Below, in pieces: positions 37,720 through 50,164 of a DNA stretch of 64,000 nt. Origin of the DNA: Vicugna vicugna (taxonomy: Eukaryota); NCBI GenBank assembly GCA_013265495.1, contig MU057724.1, positions 1,131,102-1,195,101 of the forward strand, in the 5' to 3' direction. Under the pieces are notes generated by a model. The model was not told where the DNA came from, ran no database searches, and saw only the letters and a list, made by a program, of their open reading frames with translations. Each line of letters starts with the position of its first letter. Position 1 is the first letter of the stretch. A program made the translations under genes and the position numbers.

Positions 37720-39980
37720 GTTTAGGACAGTTTCAGGTTTGCAGAAGCACAGAGAGGGCTGTCCAGGGTCCCAGGTACCCCTCTCCCAGCCCCTCCTTAG
37801 TGTCATCCTGCCTGAGTATAATGCGTTTGTTACAACTAAGGTGCCAGTAAGAATCTGGTATTTTCACTGAAGCTCACTGTACACTCAGATTTCTTTAGTT
37901 GCCGCCTGGTGTCCTTCTTCTGTCCCAGGGTCTCATCAGGTTTCCCTTGTTACATGTAATCGTCACATCCCCTGCGACATCTCCGGGCTGTGACAGTCCC
38001 AGATTTCCCTGTCTTTGATGCTGTGACAGTGCTGAAGAGCACTGGTCAGGTGCTCTGTAGTGTCTCTCAAGCGGGATTTTTCTGGTGGTGTTCTCATGGC
38101 GAGACTGGGTTCTTGGAAGGGAGGTGACACAAGGAAGCACCATTTCCTCATCGCAGACGGCCGTGCACTGCCGACCTACTCCATGCCGCGGTGTCCCCGG
38201 CCGCCTGGCGGGGCAGCCCCCCGCTGTGCTTGTGGAAGGAGCTGCCATGGGCGCCGCCCCTGGGGGCCACTCGCCCGCCCTTCTGTGTGGATGCAGCGTG
38301 CACAAAAGTTACGTGGACCGTTTTTGCCCAGACGTGGTCTCTCCTTCCCCGTGTATTAATTCTTCAGCTGTCTCCTCCCATCAGTATGAACTTGCGGAAT
38401 TTTACTTCGTGCTTTGGGGTTTGATCCAATGCTGCCTTATCCCTTGTAGTTCATATCATTTCACCTGCCGCCGCAGGGGCTCTTTCCTGGGAGACGTCTC
38501 CTGTTCTTTAACAGACCCCCACGAGGGTGTGTGGTTCAGTTCTGTTTTCTTTCACTTGGGGAGCACATGGCTACTTTCTGGTGCCACAGAATACTCCAGG
38601 ATCGCCTTGCGTATTTCCTGGAATCAACCATTTCTCCAAGGAGCCATGGCTCCTTTTATTGGAAAATGGTGTTAGAAACCAAGATCGGGGGGGGGCTGGT
38701 GTTCTGGTTGCTACTCGGGTGACCTTTCCCGTAGGTGCACCTGCTGACAGGCCAGAGGAATAGATGTGTGTGTGCCAACCCCTGTGAAAACATGGGCTAA
38801 TATGCGTTTCTCTGTGTGTGTCCATCTGTGTCAGTATTGACCCAACATGAATCAGCACAAGTTACTCCAGCTTCCTCCCTCGATTACCTGTAAACTTATT
38901 CCAGTTGAAAAGGTGCCTCCCAGCGGCAGGCACAGGTTTCCTGAAACAGCTCCAGAATGCAGGTGTGGCAGCATCCGGGTTGTCAGAGTCACCCCATGGG
39001 AAGCACCTTTACCAGCGGAGTGCAGGGCCTCCGTGCAGGCCTTCGCCTTCCACGCCCAGGCTCCACTCCTGTGCACGCTCACCTAGATCCGCACCTTTGC
39101 TCCCGAACCCGCCAGTGAGGTGGTCGTCATACATTCTCCCTGAAGACAGATGCTCTTGCCAGAGTCTGAGTTCCTTCCTGGGGTCCCTGACCTCCCAAAT
39201 GATTTTTTAAAATTTCCATGCATAAAGTTTCACTCTTTGGTCTGTAAGTTCTGTGGTTTTTGACAAAAGGACAAAGTCACGTGTCCACAATGACAGCATC
39301 ACACAGAGTAGTTCCAGTGACCGGCGTCATCTTCTGTGCTCCACCTGCTCCTCTCGCCTGCCCTGGCTTCTGCCGCTGGGAATTCCGGCCATTTTTCTCG
39401 TCTGTATCTTCGCCTCTCCCACGATGTGATGCAGCTGGAGGCATGTCGCATGCAGTCTTCCCAGGCAGGCTCTTTCACTTGGCACGTCCGGTTGCTTCCT
39501 TGGTGTCTTTCTGTGGCTGCAGAGGCCACTTTGCATTGCTGAATACCGTTCTGCTGCGCACACGAGCGGCAGCTTCTACCCCTTCTACTGAAGGGCCTCT
39601 CAAGCGCTTCCTGTTTGGGGCAGGTAGGAGTAAGTTGATGCGGACATCTGTGTGCAGCATTATCTGTGAAAACAAGTCTTCAAATCAAATGGGTGAATAC
39701 TAGGCAGCACCGTTGACAGTCAGGTGCTGAGCCCATGCTCAGCTTTGGGAGACACTTTCCAGCAGGTCTGGGGCGGCCGCCCCACTCCCCACATCCCCTG
39801 GCGGTTGGGGCCTCCTGGTGCCCGCGTCCCGCCAGTAGTGGCTGCTGCAGCTTTCTGGACCTGGGCCCTTTCAGTGCGTGTTAATGACACCTCATTGCTC
39901 TTTCACTGGCAGTTGTTTATTGACAAATGATGTGGAGAAACTTTTAATTTTCTTGTTAGCCATCTGTATACCCAGTAGTG
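37720..39980 (-). mobile_element. L1MC-type 3' region (~2.2 kb)
   Basis: gacagtttcaggtttgcagaa, tttgttacaactaag, gaagagcactggtcagg, ctggaatcaaccatttctccaaggagcc, aaagttcactctttgg, ending in ORF2 C-terminal-type sequence; paralogous to 62360-62960. Confidence 0.85.
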
Positions 39981-41814
39981 TTCCCTGTGCACACCCGTCT
40001 GTCTAGACGTCGGGGTGGCAGTTCTGAGACCTCCGTTCTCTGATGCACTCAATGACTGGCTGACTTCCTGTTTGCTATTTTTTTTCTTTGTTGTAAAGAT
40101 GAGACAGCTTACAATTTCTTTGCCCATTAGACTGAAAGCAGGAGTCTACTAGTTTTTAAACAGCAGGATCCAGGCTGTTTAGTGTATGGTTTGACTCTGT
40201 ACAGGAAATTGTGCGGTTACAATCAAAATGTGCACTTCTTGACTGGGCATTCCTAATGATTCTTAGGATCGGAGAGAGGGGTCATTCCAGGGCTAGTGCA
40301 AAGGTTCGTTGTACTACTTTGTCATGCACTTTGGGGATTTAAAAAGCACATATGTTTGTAATAAAATCTGGTTATATTTGTAGTGAGGAATAATGTAATA
40401 CTTTGAGTTTAGAAAATAAGAAGTTATAAAAGGAATGTAGAATGGCTAAGCATAAGTAAGCGATGTCAGTGCAATTCTTGTAGCAAATATCTAATATTTA
40501 AACCTAATAATTCTCTTCTTATTGATGAGCTCTGGAAAGGGCAGGCCTGCCTAAGAGACCTTTCAGTTTTATAAGGCTATGAAAAATACACAGTGATTTT
40601 CCCTGAAAAAAATGTAGTGGGAACATTTTGTGTATAGACACAGAGTTTAATCTAAATTTAACAACTTACTGGTGCATGAGAACAGGAGCAGGATGTTTGA
40701 TCTCCTCGGGCTTGGCTGCCTGCCGGCCCAGCCGTCTACCTTGTAAACCTTAGAGGGTTCCTTCCAGTGAGACTCACTTTCTTCAAGTGCAGAGCTTTTA
40801 ATTTTTTTATATTTTAAATTATCTCCACGATGCCTAGACCTGACTAGACATCTTGTTGTGTAAGGAATGTGGCACTGAAATGAATGAAGTTCAATCCCGG
40901 ATCATGTGGGCCTAAATTGTGCTCACAGCAAATCATCCTGCCAGTGTTTTCTATCTTTTCTCTGCCAGCCAAATTTTTTTCTGGCCTAGATATCTTACAA
41001 GTAAACTGCAAGTACATGCTTGTAAATATTAACCTAAGAATGGCATACATGTGAAAATAAATCTGTTGAAAATCAGTTTAGCTAATCCAAAAACCAAATA
41101 GAAATAAGTTAATGAAAACCCCAGCATTGCCAAGCAGGGTTGGTCATGATTGAATAAAAGTGTGATTCCCTCCGTGTTATTTATGACACTTGAGAATCTC
41201 TTCAATAAGACAAAGGAGTATTGTAATAGTACTAACAATTGTTAAAAAGGATTGGTTTCATGGTACTTTAATTCTTAGAAGCAGCAGGGTAAAAAGAACT
41301 GGATTAGAAGCTTGTCCTAATTGCATACTCAGTAATTAACTTTGCTCTTAGCCAAGCCATGGATCTTTCCAGAAACCATGTCCTGCAAAGACCCTGCAAC
41401 GACTGGAATCCGTGCACTGATGATGAGTGACTGCTTTTTCCAAGTCTAGTGTTTCAGAATCAGTGCTGTGTAACAGTGAATGTGGAAACAGGTGTCACAA
41501 AGTCAGGCCCCAAACCAGTCCCCCCAAACGCAGCGCAACACGGTGGAGACAGAGCGCGTTCGCCGGAGAAGTGGTGCATGGGGGCTGTCGCTAGTGTGAT
41601 ATTCACACAAACTCCATAACCAAGGAGGGTGTAACGCCGGGAGGGAGCCAAATTTGTTTAACTGAAGAAAACGTTTAAATAATGCATTTTGCTCTATATC
41701 ATATATGAACTCCAAGAATGAAAAACACTTACTGCTGACATTTGAACTGATTTTGATAAGACCTTTATTATCAAAGAAGCGCTCAATTTCATTCTCTCCG
41801 TATGATTATATTCA

Positions 41815-42015
41815 GTTAACTACGATGACCAACGCTGCGCACGCGCTCCGTGCTGCGCGCGGTGCTAGCCCCGTAAGGCGTGTCTCCTGTAAGCCTGGCA
41901 GCGCCGCCATGTGCTCGGTGGTCTTTTACGCCGTTTCACCAGTTAGTGACAAAGCTGTGAGACCTAGAGCTAGAATCCCGAGCCAAGCAACTCGATTTCA
42001 GAACTGCTCTGCCTT
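41815..42015 (-). mobile_element. MIR, heavily GC-shifted
   Basis: ccgtgctgcgcgcggtgctagccccgtaaggcgtgtctcctgtaagcctggcagcgccgccatg aligns by eye to antisense MIR atgtgccaggcactgtgctaagcgctttacatgcattatctcatttaatcctcacaacaaccctatg. Confidence 0.55.
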
Positions 42016-42729
42016 AGGGCTTCTCAATTAAGGTAATTCTAAGAAAAGTAAAATAATTTTCAATGAAATGATTCCACTTCCAATTCTTTTAAAAGGGAGG
42101 GAACATATATTTCTAAAATGTGTTCTATTTCTATACAAAATGCTGCAATTACAAATACAAAATCATTTTCTTTTAATGGGACAGAAGGATCTCCACACTA
42201 GATAGCCTCAAAATGTACTTTCCTGTTACTCTGTTTCCCGAATTCCTGGTATTTGAGTTAACCTCTTAGCAAGATCAACAAGATGCTCACATTTCAAAAG
42301 AAGATACGGAACATAAACAAATAAAAAATAGATGTCAGAATGGATATGCGTACTGTGATGAACCCCCGAATTTCGTCAGGGATTTCAGTAACTTTTAATG
42401 AATATGAATGGATTATACAATCCAAGAAACACTGAAAGAAGCCTGGAATGGTGAATCTTTCACTTCAAAGTAGTAGCTTTTCTCTTACTCTCTTCAGCAG
42501 CACACTTATTTATACAAACTCAGTAATTCTAGAGATTTATGTTTTAACTTCCATTGTGATAATAAAGAAAGCCATTCAAACAAAGCAGCTCTGTTGCCTG
42601 GGCAACACTTCTCTTCCTGTGTTCACCGGCGGCTCCAGAAAAGGGGCCATTTCACCGCCAGTAAAGACATGCAGATTATATCCCCTCGTGAACGACAGGG
42701 ATTCCGTCCAACCTGAGTAGTGGAGTTCG

Positions 42730-44470
42730 CTTGCGGAGAAATGTGTCTCCAGGCCGACTGGACCTGGCGTGGGGGTGCGGCTGCCTGGAGGCTGTGACAC
42801 GAGCCTCTGTACCTGAGGGGCGTCCGCTGGCGAGCATTCACTTGCAGACACAAGTGATGTGTGATGTCGATGTAAACACACGCAGCCCTTCCCGTCACGA
42901 GCTCGTGGGCTGGGGGGAGAGACGGCGAGGGGAAAGGGCTAATACTTCACCAGGACGAAAAATGGTAAGAGTTCTGTTTTTCTGTTCCAGGTGCCACGGG
43001 GGGGAGGTGGTTACCGCACCTCTCTGCCTTATTGTCTGTTCCCTGAGGCTGTGTCTGAATAGGCTCCGTGGCAGAAACACTCAAATTCTCAACGTGCCGT
43101 TGAGCAGAGCAGATCAGACGTGGTTTGTGCACGAGGCAGTGTGCTTGGCACGAATTCAGAAGTGCCATTTACTTCCTCTGAGCAGCTGTGTTCTAACTCG
43201 GAGCCGACCGGTGTGAATGGAGGTGTTGGTTGGAAGGTTGTCCGCGCTGTTCGGCGGAGAGTGCGACGCGGCCCCAGGCGCTCAGGCTGCTGTGCTGGGG
43301 CGGCCTCTCGGGACCCGCCGCCTCCGCGCGCGCACGGGGGCCCTCTGGGTCCGCGCGCCGCGCGTGCTGCTGCCCCGCCTCGTGGCTTCGTCGTGTGCGC
43401 GAGTCCCCGTCAAAGCAGGGACCTGCCCACCTCCGCACACAGCACGACCGAGCAGGTCTCCTCGTGCGCAGACCACCTTCCCTGGGAGTCTCTAGAGGAA
43501 ACAGACCAGTGTGTGTGTGTGCGCGCGCGCGCGCGTGTGTGTGCGACTTCAGACCTCTTAACAAATGAACAGGAATTTCCCAATGAGGAATTCTGGAGAG
43601 GCATTTCTTTCAAATGGGCCTATTTTACCAAATTGTGTCCTCGTGATTAAATACTGAGCCGTAAAGACACCCAGAGGGGATGGGGGAAGGACTGATGAAA
43701 TCGCTTCCACACTGTGTGGACGGTGCTGTTCCACGTACCACTGTTTTGGAGGAATTCCAGAAATTTTTTTTGGCATAAATATGAATACTTACGAGTTGAT
43801 CTGAAAGTAATCTAAAGTGTGTTGCTGTTGAACTTTCGGTAGAATAAAATATGACTTATTACTATGTCCTGCATTGGAACGGTGCAGATGGCGGTACAGG
43901 ACGCCATCGCTTGGGTGGCAGGTGCTGGGTTTCGCCGCGCGGGGCCTGGGAGCCGGGCTCTGGAGCACGTCCCGGGTCAGCCAGCCTCTCGTGCTCGGCG
44001 CCTTCTGCTCCCGGGGATTTCCCCAGGGTTCTCCGTGCAGTGAAACTGGCCTGACCCGATCGGTATTAATCTGCATCTCTACTAACAGTCTGATTTGGGG
44101 CCAGGAGAGCTTTTTCATTTGTCCACCCTCGTCTTTGACAGTTAGAATATGAAATGAGAAGCACAGAAAGAAACAGATACTAGCCATGTAGACAGATGAG
44201 GACTGAGGCGGTTTCCTGCCAGAGCTGAGGAACAATGGAAGAGGGACGCCCCAGAAGCAAGGGGAAGTCACCGCCCGCCACACGCCACCTGCACATCCCG
44301 GGAGGCCTTGCCTGCTTCCCCTGGGGCGCCTCGAGGGGCTGTGATGCCAGAGGGAAATAGGCACAAACAAACCTTGTCTGTCTCCGAGTTCGGAAACGGC
44401 ATGCAGCCAACCGGGTCCGCGCCGATCCTGTCCGTAGCCCGACCCCGGCTGCCGCCACGGGAGCCAGCTG
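42730..44470. promoter_or_regulatory. Bipartite CpG-rich region (cores ~43200-43545 and ~43880-44470)
   Basis: 12 CpGs in 43321-43380; GCGCGC runs; AT-richer spacer at 43560-43870. Confidence 0.65.
43509..43545. repeat. (GT)6(GC)7(GT)4GCG compound microsatellite
   Basis: gtgtgtgtgtgtgcgcgcgcgcgcgcgtgtgtgtgcg, 37 bp of perfect RY alternation. Confidence 0.95.
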
Positions 44471-46699
44471 CTGGGGGCCCTCACCTGGGGACCAGTCTTC
44501 CAGGGCAGGGCCAAATAGCTCGTCTCAGTTAAAACACAACACGTGTACATCAAGAGAGGAAGACAGAACGATCAGCCTAGAATTTTGGAAGGTGGTATTC
44601 TTCAGGAAATTTATGGGTATAATTTTTTATACACAAATTAAAATGCTACATTTGTTTCTGCTTAAAAACAATTAAAAATAATGTTAGATAATAGAAATTG
44701 ATAAATACATCAGGCTCTATTTAACTAAATACATTTTTAGTTGTTCTGTTTATATAACCCTCAATACTACCCCGTGTTACAGATGAATCAACATTTTAAT
44801 GTTTTGTTAAAATGAACAGGGCCATATGACAGAATGCCTTAACATTTCTGTGAAAGATGAAACTATTTTTGTTTATGTGTATTTTATATACATCTATCAG
44901 TATAGGAAGCATCTTAATATTGGATACCACTGTCCGAAGGATGGACACGGGGCACAGAAATATTTTTGCCTTTTCTCTATGTGCTTCAATTTACCACTAC
45001 AAATAAACCAAAATAAACCATATAAAAGGGCATTGCGTGACAGAGCACAGTCTGAGTAGGGCTCATTAGTTCTCATTTTTATTTACACTGAAACTTTAGA
45101 ACAAGATAATTAGCTGCGAGTCACATTATGAAATGAGCAGTAAGGAGAACAAAAACTTTTACCTAAAAATGGTAATTCACGACCGTATTGCGCTATTTAA
45201 CCAACGTTTAGGGCTCTTATGACTATGTTCGTGCTTGAGTGTGTCAGCATAATTGGGCAACAATTAAGTGTTGACATCCTGAAATTCTATAATTGATATT
45301 CAGAGTGACAATGATGAATGCCAAAGAGATTCATCCAATAAGAGATCAATTATAGAGTTATTTTTTAAAACAATTTGAAAAGAATTGTCAATCCAGAAAA
45401 ATAATTGTAATTTAAATAACTGATTGTATCCAAGCTCTCCCCATTGATAGGCAAAGACATATCTCTGAGACTCAAAATCCAATAGTGTCCAAACATTCTG
45501 GAGAATTTTTAGAACTATTCTGGAGAATGAGTTTAATTAAATTTTCTGGGATGACTGTTCATATAGTATTTGGACAGAGAGATAAGAATTAACACAAAAA
45601 GGCTTTTATGAGTAATATCCAGGGAAATTGCAAAGTTAAATTAGTCATTAGTTGCATTAGAATAGCTTATTTATGGTAAAAATACATTGGCAAATTCACT
45701 GATTGATGTTAATTAAGAAATCAAGGATTTTTAAAAAATAGAAAGTCAGTGAATTTCTGTTTCATTTAGAACCATGGTTCAGGTGTGTCTCCCTTGGTCT
45801 AACTCCTCGGTGCTGACAGGAGACTAGGACATCTGTTGTCCCACGACTGCCTGATGGGCAGCTGGTCCACCGGGTGGACTGACCTTCCTATCCTTTCATG
45901 GAAGCATCTCCCACAGCTGCACAGAGAAAAACAATTTAGACACTTCTGTGGGTATTATTGATCTGTTTTTGGTTTTGTTTTGTTTTGTTTTTACCTTCTT
46001 TAGCATTTATTATTTCTGGCTCAGCCTGTTTTAGCACATTGTTTTATGCATCGCTTTTCTCAGCTACTTTTCAACTATGGAACTTCTCTCTCCAGTAAGA
46101 CAGTACTTTGCTGAAGGAAAGATACATCTTATTTTGTCAATAATCACACATTAGGTTTTATAAGAACCTGGCAAAAAGAAAATAAGGAAATTCAATAAAT
46201 GTGTACACAGGTGACACAGTCGGAGGGGGGATAGTTGGCACCAGTCCGTGACAAGTTTATTGTAAATTACTTAGAAAAAATTGTTTCAGATTTTGTCTGA
46301 AACAGTGTGTGCTAGACTACATAATTAAAGGAACTTTTTCTAGGCCTAGGATACGATGATCACAACTTTGTTGACAATTAAAAATTTGTATATGCATGAA
46401 TCATATTTGAATGTTGAATTAGAAGATGAATTACTTAGTGTCTTAGGATTCTTTTAATAAGCAGAGGAAAGTTGCTAAAATTTTGTTAACAGTTACCCAA
46501 AAAAGTAGGTTAGTGAATAATTTTAGGGAATATTAGATGTGTTCACCCAGGAATACATGCAAGAATAGCATTTGTCCAGTTTGACTCATTTTATTTTTGG
46601 TGAGGTGTAGTTGATTTCCATGGTCTGGTCCCAAGTTGCTGGGGCAGAAGCCCTGAAGTTCAGGTCCGGGCTCAGTCAGCTCCCTGTAATTGTGTGCTC

Positions 46700-47508
46700 T
46701 TCCCCTTCCCAGCCCCGGCACCTCAGCCCCAGAGGGGACCAGTGCTGGAGTAAAAGGGGTGGGTGTGGGTATTCACAATGGTCCAGGCTTGTTGTCTGGC
46801 CACCATCAGAGACCTGGTCTGCCCTGATGTGGCCTGGGGAAGGGTCAGCCATGGCTGCTCCCCTCCCAGTTCACCCACCGCTTGGGGTTGAGCAGCCACG
46901 GCATCTCGTGGCCGAGCCTATTCCTCATTTGTGGCCACCTGTGCTCCAGTGTGGAGCTGCGACACTAGCACATGGTGCCAGAGTGTTCACATGGCTCAGG
47001 CGGGTGTGCACTGGGGTGGGGGTGACAGGAGACAAAGCAGCCACCAGTGTGTTCTCAATCAGTCCTCTCCACCCAGCTCTGGGACCAAGCCAGCATTTGC
47101 ACACTCCCCACGGGCAGAGGCCAGGTCCCCACAGCCCTCTTGTCAGTCCTGCCAGCTCTCCAGTCGGCCAAGAGGGCTCGTCTTCCCTGTGGTGGACCCC
47201 ATGGCTGTGTGCCCAACATGGGACTTGAACTTTTCACTCCCCAGGAAGGGCATCCCCCTGTGTAAGTGCCCATTCCTCTGAGTCTGGAGTCAGGTGCCCA
47301 GACGCCAACTTAACTGCTTCCCTTCCCTTCCCTTCCCTTCCTGCCTGATTCCACGTGGATCTTTCTTGAAGCCTTAGTTCTACAGGAGTCTTTCTGCCGG
47401 TTTACAGCTAGTTTTCAGTGAGAATTGTTCCACGTGTAAGTGTATTTTGGATGCATTTGTGGGGGATGTAGGTTCTGTGTCCACCTATTCTTCCACCGTG
47501 ACCTCCCA
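46700..47508 (-). mobile_element. L1 5' UTR fragment
   Basis: caggagtctttctgccggtttacagctagttttcagtgagaattgttccacgtgtaagtgtattttggatg...ccacctattcttccaccgtga matches the recalled antisense 5' end of laurasiatherian L1s; left boundary uncertain. Confidence 0.75.
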
Positions 47509-49202
47509 ACCCAGAGCAGCATCTGAAACGCCATTACTGCAAGGTTTGCTGGGGCACAGATTGGTCAGCACGCCAGATGTCCTCCTGTTAATATTTAGCA
47601 GAAATATTAAACTTATTTATTAATGTTTGGGGATAAAGCAGTTCAAGGATAAACACATAAATATATACTTTAAAACTTAGTAGTTTTAAACATTAATGTA
47701 ATAAATTTGCTGACACCAAAGTTGATTTTAAGCTTGTGATTCAACTTGGCCCAGATGTATTAATTTAGTAAAAGGAAAACTTCATCACGACATGAATGTT
47801 TAGCTATTTAAACGTTACCAAGTTAAGTATTATCAATATATTGATATACAACTTTTTTCATTTTGCTGATGTATAATCATATATAGAAAATTCTAATAAA
47901 AATCACGTTAGCTTATGAAGAGAGTTATATTAATAAAGTAGTAAATTTCAGTTACTAGGAAGGTAGTCCAGAAGGCTAATAGAATTTTACATCTATTATA
48001 TGGCAGAATCAGTTTTTAAAATACTTGGCAGTAAAATCCAGTTGCCATTTATATGGCTGTTCAGCACCTCCATAATAGGTGGTGACTGTGAAATAATGTT
48101 CTGATCTCATTCTATGTAATAAGAGTGGGCCAACAGTAGATTTAATGGAAAAAAGTCAAGTGGAAGCATACACGGCCAACTCTATTTACAATTTAATTCT
48201 AGTGTCTAGGCTAGACTTGTGATATTAAAACCTGTTACAATAAATGCCCCTTTATATTCTACAAAACACTGTTCTCACATTTAATAAAAATATGCTCATC
48301 ATGATAACTCCATGAATTCTGAGATTAAGAACAATTACCGATTTCTAAATGACCCCGAGAGTGGCGGGGCAGTGATGCAAGCCTTTGTTCTGATTTCCCA
48401 CTCTGAGCTGTCACCACATCATCAGGGTAACAGAGGAGCAGGTGCATCTCAAGATGAGCGAGACGCTGGCACTATTCGTTCTGGGCCATGGAACCAAGAG
48501 GGGGCATCTGCTTATTTGGGGACTTTGATTCCTTTTCTTAACTTTATTATTTTTCATTCTACTCCAGAAATAAGATCCAGCACAACAGAAATACCGCATC
48601 ACTGCACACTTTGAGATAGGAGAGCTTCACATGTGTTTTAACCTCTGAAATATTATTGCATCATGAACTAATGACTTCTGGGTATTTTGGATTTTCTCAC
48701 TTTTCTCCAGTAGTTAAATTTTGGACTCCTGATACAAATGCTCTTTTATAAAATGAGAACAATGTTTTCTGTTGAACCACAGAAAGAGCATACTTACTAA
48801 CACTCCCTGTGTCGTGTAAAGAGTTTAAGGAAGGTTGTGAGAAATGACGGGAGTGAAGGCATGGAAGGATGCCCAGCGCTATGTGCTGTGCGTGGCCTCT
48901 AAACTCCCCTTAACTGGTCTAGATACTTAAGAAAAAATTTAATACAGAGAAAAAAATTCATTCACATTCCACTGCCTTAGGTTCCAGTCTAAAGAATACT
49001 CATTGCTGGTTGTTGCATGTTCAGATTTATTTAACACTCATGACTATGTATGTTATCTGTTCTTATAGGAATTAAAAAGCTATTCATCTTAAGAAATATG
49101 GGAATTTATAACGCACACTGATTACACAGTTCCTATGCTTTTTCCAGTAGAGGGGATTACAGTGAAAGGTGCAATTAAACAAATGCCATCATGTTTAATT
49201 GG

Positions 49203-49338
49203 TTTTCTTTTTTTTTTTCTTGAGGAGGGAGGTAATTAGCTTTATTCATTTATTTATTTTTAGAGAGGGTACTGGGGATTGAACCCAGGACCTCATGCAC
49301 GGTAAGCTTGCGTGCTGCCACTCGGGCTATACCTTCCG
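49203..49338 (-). mobile_element. tRNA-derived SINE, camelid Vic-1-like
   Basis: ggaggtaattag...tttatttatttttagagagggtactggggattgaacccaggacctcatgcac...ggctataccttcc; B box at 49276-49285; closely similar to 8021-8144. Confidence 0.9.
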
Positions 49339-49529
49339 CTCTCCTCAATTTTAAACAGTACTCTATCGTCATCACAGTGTGTTTTAGTTACGGAAATTTT
49401 AAAAATATAGGCGCACAGAGGATACATCAGCAGCACCACCAGAGCTCGTATCCCAGCAAGATGGCAAACTAATGAACGGAATAGCCTTGCAATGCAATAC
49501 ACTAAAAACTTAGGTACCACGTCCTCTCT

Positions 49530-49860
49530 GTGCAGAGTCGCGCAGGCGGGAAAGTGGCAGAACCCTCAGGGCGGAGGCAGCCGCCCGCAGGCACCGCGCT
49601 CCAGTGCTGGGAGCGCCCCCCGCCCCCGCCGGCCACGCCTCTGGATTCACAGGCGCGAGGAAGGAAGGAGCGAAGTGTCCACCCTGCGCAGGAGGGAGGC
49701 CGTGGGAGCCCCCCACGGACACAGCCTGCAGAAGGCGCTTTTCTCAGGGAAGCGGCCGCAGTGTAAGGAAGGGCTGGAGACCGAGGGGAGAGTCCCGCTC
49801 TCCACGCGGGGAGGAAAACAGCTTTACGGGAGCTTCCGGGCCCGGCTGAGCACAGCCTGC
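49530..49860. other. Small CpG-rich patch
   Basis: GC-rich with cgcccccCGCCCCCGCC GC-box-like run near 49614-49630. Confidence 0.6.
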
Positions 49861-50164
49861 CTGCTACACGGACTCAGCCCCGCTGCTGTGGGCCCCCAAA
49901 GACACAGCCTGAAGGTTATTCTAAGACGATCCCCATTGGTGGTCCCTCCCAGGTACCGAGAGAGTGAGTAATGGGAGTCCTCCTTAAATCAAAGCCTCAA
50001 AAATCCCAGAGAGAAATGTCATTGATCATAAGCTGACGATCCTCAAAATTACATGAGGCCCGAGGTTACAAGCCAGAAGGAGCCAGTGCAGCAGAAGCAG
50101 CAAGCCCCAGGAGCCAAGCGGCAGAGCGTCCGGATGAAACGGGCAGATTATGAAGGGCAAACGA

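Noticed and set aside
43793..43800. Minus-strand 8-nt micro-exon (ttactttcag ATCAACTC gtaagt)
   Set aside because: Good donor but short pyrimidine tract, frame-shifting length and opposite to the inferred host strand; expected by chance in 64 kb.
43789..44553. Longest ORF (254 aa, minus strand) as a gene
   Set aside because: No recognisable domain; Pro/Arg/Gly-rich composition typical of chance ORFs in GC-rich DNA; overlapping ORFs in several other frames.
46611..47281. 205-aa ORF and neighbours
   Set aside because: Lie within the antisense L1 5' UTR-like fragment; non-ATG start and no domain.
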